Source: Amphiscolops sp. MND2022 (taxonomy: Eukaryota). From it: a DNA stretch of 64,000 nucleotides. Below, one piece after another: positions 59,787 to 64,000 of the stretch (positions within the stretch are counted from its first letter, which is position 1; every line of letters begins with the position of its first letter). Both the position numbers and the translations under genes were made by a program. Under the pieces are notes generated by a model that worked only from the letters and a program-made list of their open reading frames with translations, made no database searches and was not told where the DNA came from. The stretch covers positions 65,226,001-65,290,000 of the forward strand of contig OZ076409.1 of the NCBI GenBank assembly GCA_964187785.1. Direction: 5' to 3'.

Positions 59787-61643
59787 GAATAAAACTGCTA
59801 AAACTTTGGAAACTGTTTACATTATGTATTTTTGTTTGTATTTATTTTATTTGGTTTTTTATATTGGATGTTCAAACTAGTCTGTTAATGTTACGATTTG
59901 GGATTAGCCAAATCGGTTCGTTGATGCAGTAGCTGAATTAAATTGCAAAATTGTATTGATGCTGTAGCAAACAATAAGAGAGCAAGTTAATCGCGAGAAG
60001 GAAACGTGTTCAAGTGCGGAAACGTCCCTTCTCGGCGATATAGCTCACCACAGTTGTGCTAGCCAATCACGTGCTGTAATTCTTGCTGTGCTATTATTGT
60101 ATTTGTTAATTGGCCGGTTAGGGCCGTCTGACGAAATTCCGCTCTCGCTGCTCACTACTTTGGTCAAACGGCCGGTTCCGGCCACAAAGCAATAGTGAAG
60201 AGGGATTAACTTAGTACATCGTTGCTTTAATAATAATAATACAATTGTCCTTTCATGTAGTTTAAATGTTCATTGTTGATAATGTAAAGCATTGTTTAGT
60301 ATTTGGCCGAGTAAGGCCCATTGAACTAATATATATGGTTTCAATTGGTACTCTGGTCAAATGGTCAATTATGGCCACTTCATGCATATTTGTGTTTTAT
60401 TGTTCAGTTAACCGAGTATTAACCCAGAACCAGCATTAATTCATCCCTGAAACATGTAAAGGTGCTTACGATACTATATTATCTGTGTGATCCTAGTATA
60501 CGTAAAAATAGACGGACAAGGCTATATTCCTTCACTCCCCTATTGTGCTGTATGTACTCACGGAATTAAGCCCATTTCGGCTTCAGCATGAAATGTATTT
60601 TTATGAATGGGAATTCGTACAGTAGTCTTTGTGTACGATTATACATTCCATTCTCAGTGTAGTATATGATAAATCTTGTGTCGGCACGTGCCTCCACTTC
60701 ACTTTACGTGAGTTATGCAAACAAAGGTATTTGTTGACACTTTGATGTACATGCCTTAATCGGCAACTCGTTTGAAGCTATCTTTTGACTATATGACCCA
60801 TAAATGCCATTCCTTAGATGTCCCCGAAGGTATGTGAATATCAGGGTTTTCATCATGGAACCAATGGTCATATGATGCTATCAACCTAACTAGTTATGTA
60901 TGGAATGTGACTGTCATTCCCTGAAGGGTATAAATACTGTCATCCCGTTGGGGAAATCATTAAATCATTTCGTTCTACTCTAGTTAAGTTTAATCCACAA
61001 ACGGCACCGCTGTTATTTCCGTGTTGATTAATTTATTATTGATTCGGAACTGTTTCAATGCCAACCACTAGAAAACAAAAGAAAGCTAGAAAGTCTAGAG
61101 GACTTGAGATGTTATCAGATATTGAAAATCTGGATATTATGTTAGGTGAAAACCACTTTGATAGAGGTGAGAGAAATGAAAGTGTGAATAGTAATCAAGC
61201 CGGTAGACCAGAAAGCCTATTTGGAGACGAACTTGAAAATGAGAATGAGTTCCCGAACTCAAGAAATAATGGACCAAGTCCAAATACTGAATTAGGCCAT
61301 AATTCAATCAGAGAATGTTCAAGCGTTGAGATCAATAGATTGTCGAGTGAGTTAAATTCACGTATATCTCGAGAGATGGATGAAATGATGAACAGTGTCA
61401 GTGTTCAGATTCAAAGAGCCATAAATGAGGCAATTAGCAGCCAAATTTTGCCTCAAATCCAAAATGTAGTTATGGCCGGATCGGGACAATTGACCAAAGG
61501 GGGATGGAACGTTCCGGCTGAGAGACCGGAAGGACATTCTGAAGTACTGCAAAACTTAGAACCTAAAAATAATTCTAAGAACAAACAGGCCAATGACCGT
61601 CCCAAAGACGGAGGCACAAGCACAAACTCTCGTGCTTACGACA
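59698..61643 (+). repeat. 3' LTR (1946 bp), including a second copy of the gag N-terminus (61058-61643)
   Basis: Direct repeat of 45177-47122. Confidence 0.95.
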
Positions 61644-64000
61644 AGCATCAAAAACTAATGATCAGATTACTTCAATTGACGAAAATGGACCAATAGGTAA
61701 AAATGAGAAGTTTCAAGAATTTCAAAGACCTATTCGAAAATGTCTCCGAAAGACATTGTCTCACGCAGAGAAGTTTGAGGTAAAAGGGTAGGTTAGAAAG
61801 AATTTCTAAAGGTCATTATCCACGGGACACTGAAGGTGATCCGATACCATGTTGAGAATCAGGTGAAGTTACCAGCGAACTAAAAGAAGGCCAATCGGAT
61901 TTTGATTGAGAAGAAAGAGAAATGAGGCCACGAGAAACGAGGCCTCGGAATTTGCTGCCATTCAAACTCAACCGGATGAACGGCACGAAGAGGAATCCGA
62001 GGTCAGTTAATTTAGACTCAATCGATTCCTCCCAATTATAATCGTTGTTGAACTGTTCTGCTGCTGAACCGGAGCAGAATGTTTTGCAAAAAAGTTTTTG
62101 CTGCAGAGTTCTTCAGCTTTTTTCCCAGCTGAAGTGTGCTCGAAAGCTTTCTTCAAAGAGTTTATTGCAGATTTCAGAGCCGCCGCGTTTTGTAAGATCA
62201 CCTATAGCTGCACACACATTATCATTACTCTGGCCTTTTATAAACTTTCTAGCGTTGTTCACTCTAGTGTTTCTCCTTGAGATGACTTTTCCCAACATAT
62301 TTGTCACAGGGTAAGAAGCAAACTACATGTTTTATTGCAGTATAGCGACATTGCAAAACTGTTTGTCAACTTTTTTCTAACTAATCCAGATAGTGTACAT
62401 GCGACTAACGTATTTCCAGCAAATCAATAACCTAAACTGAGCATACAGTTGATTACATACATATCATTCAATAAACGTGACAGTTAATTAAAAGTTCGGC
62501 ACAGTTTTTCACTCTGACTCACGTTTCGTTGAGTTGCTTTTCCTCAATAAATTTGCTGAGCGTTGCCCTTTATATCATCTTGCTTAAGAACGAGTGGAAG
62601 AATTGTCAAAAAGCATAGAGCAATCAACGTGTGATGTGCATTGTCCTGGAGACAAACGTATTGTCGGAAACTGAAAGTGGGAGTAGTTTTGAAAACACAC
62701 GTATTGCAATAAAAACACACTAACTGAAGTTACCACTGTCATTTTGGTAAACACTCTATTTTTTTCGGTATAATGTACTGTCAGACGCCTGAGCATAATA
62801 TGTCGTGGCTGCGGTATCAACTTGCCTAGTTACTTCACCATTCTGTTATATCAACTTCTCCATCAACGATTTGAGAACAGAGATTTCGCTCTGTAATTTC
62901 CCAAGCCTCTCTTCAATTTCACGCTGTGTTTGGTGCGTGATCGAAGGAGAAGAAGAGTTTTGTTGTCCTTGTTGATTTTCAATAATATCGGTGCTATCTA
63001 TGTTGTGTAACGGCAAGCTGTTATCGGTCGCTTAACACGTTAACAGAGGTGGAGGAACCTGCAGAAATGGGTGAATCGCTCGGGACAGGCGCCCATCGCC
63101 ACAGATCCATTTTGCCTCCAGGGGTGAAATACGTCCCGGGGCCGCGGGTGCTTCGACGAATACTGTCCAACCGGTCCTAGTCTTTGATTGCTAATAGTAA
63201 CGGGCATCTTTCTGGCTCTCTAAAGACCACCGCTTAACTAGCATATAAAAACAATGCCAAGAATAAGGTAAATTTCCAGTTCCAGGGTGACATGTGAATA
63301 AGATCTAAAATTGGGGAATAAGATCTAAACTAGCGCTAGCGCTACTGAATACAGCCAAAATCACTGAAAATACATGAAAACAGGCACGAATATGGCAAAC
63401 CACACAGCTAAAAAGCTGGGGCGCAGGGGCTCCAAGCACCAAACAAGGATCTTTAGGCGAAAAGACTCATTTTTACGGTTTCCGCTACATAGGGTAGCAT
63501 AATGCTGAAAATCGATAAAACCGGTGTTAGCACCTCAAAAAGAGTCTATTTTCGGATGTTCTTGCCGTCTCTGGCTTCTGTCATGGCGGCGCGCCCGTAT
63601 TTTTGCTCGTTCTTGCTCTTTGTTGTCGAAGTACCTGCCAATTTCGTGGAAACAGCGAAAAGAGCAATCACATGCTCAGTGCCACGTCACACATCGGATT
63701 AGAATTTTTGACAAAATTTCTGAACATGTCAAAGTTGCAAAATCGGTTGATATTGCTGTACCAGAGCTTGCCGTTACATCACTCCCCGGGCTTTATGCAT
63801 GACGTCCCTGTCATGCGGAGAGGCTGGCATTGAATACATCGCCACATCATGAGTGCAATCCACGGGGGTCTCAAACTGGTGATGTTGCAACGGTTCAGTG
63901 GCACTGTCATCTTTCGCTGATTGGGCAACCATGAGGTCTTGCTTCTTGCCATCCAGAGAACCTGCATGGTCCACAAACTGTTGAAACAGAGCTAGCTCGA

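Larger units (their letters stand above)
45177..61643 (+). mobile_element. Giant (16,467-bp) Ty3/Gypsy-type LTR retrotransposon with accessory genes
   Basis: 1946-bp direct repeats TGTCG...CGACA, AGCAT TSD (45172-45176, 61644-61648), PBS, gag, PR-RT-RH-IN pol, and 6.2 kb of extra sequence. Confidence 0.97.

Noticed and set aside
61058..61696. Independent 212-aa gene
   Set aside because: It is the LTR copy of the gag N-terminus plus 17 codons of flanking DNA; treated under the LTR finding.

Overview
This is eukaryotic DNA, most likely an invertebrate animal (inferred from GT-AG introns, an SLC6 gene and metazoan-type transposons), and transposable elements dominate it. The one clear host gene is a minus-strand SLC6 Na+/Cl- amino-acid transporter (9376-12395, one coding intron), with a candidate distal first exon at 41078-41248. 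Four results stand out. (1) A young 16.5-kb Gypsy-type LTR element (45177-61643, 1946-bp LTRs, AGCAT TSD). Its gag starts 195 codons inside the 5' LTR, it has no polypurine tract, and it carries a spliced antisense gene with a BED-like zinc finger and an apparently degenerate hAT-transposase body, plus a sense accessory ORF that runs into the 3' LTR. (2) A 4-kb element with an 8-bp TSD and inverted arrays of 15-bp repeats (22225-26216) whose only long coding region is a zinc-finger plus tyrosine-recombinase gene. (3) A near-complete BEL/Pao element (31424-39203) nested in a decayed Gypsy. (4) A LINE fragment with a twin-priming-type 5' inversion inside a 2.14-kb tandem duplication. MITEs, HINE-like repeats and a cluster of TTACGTAA palindromes fill the rest. 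All calls come from reading motifs by eye; no searches were run.
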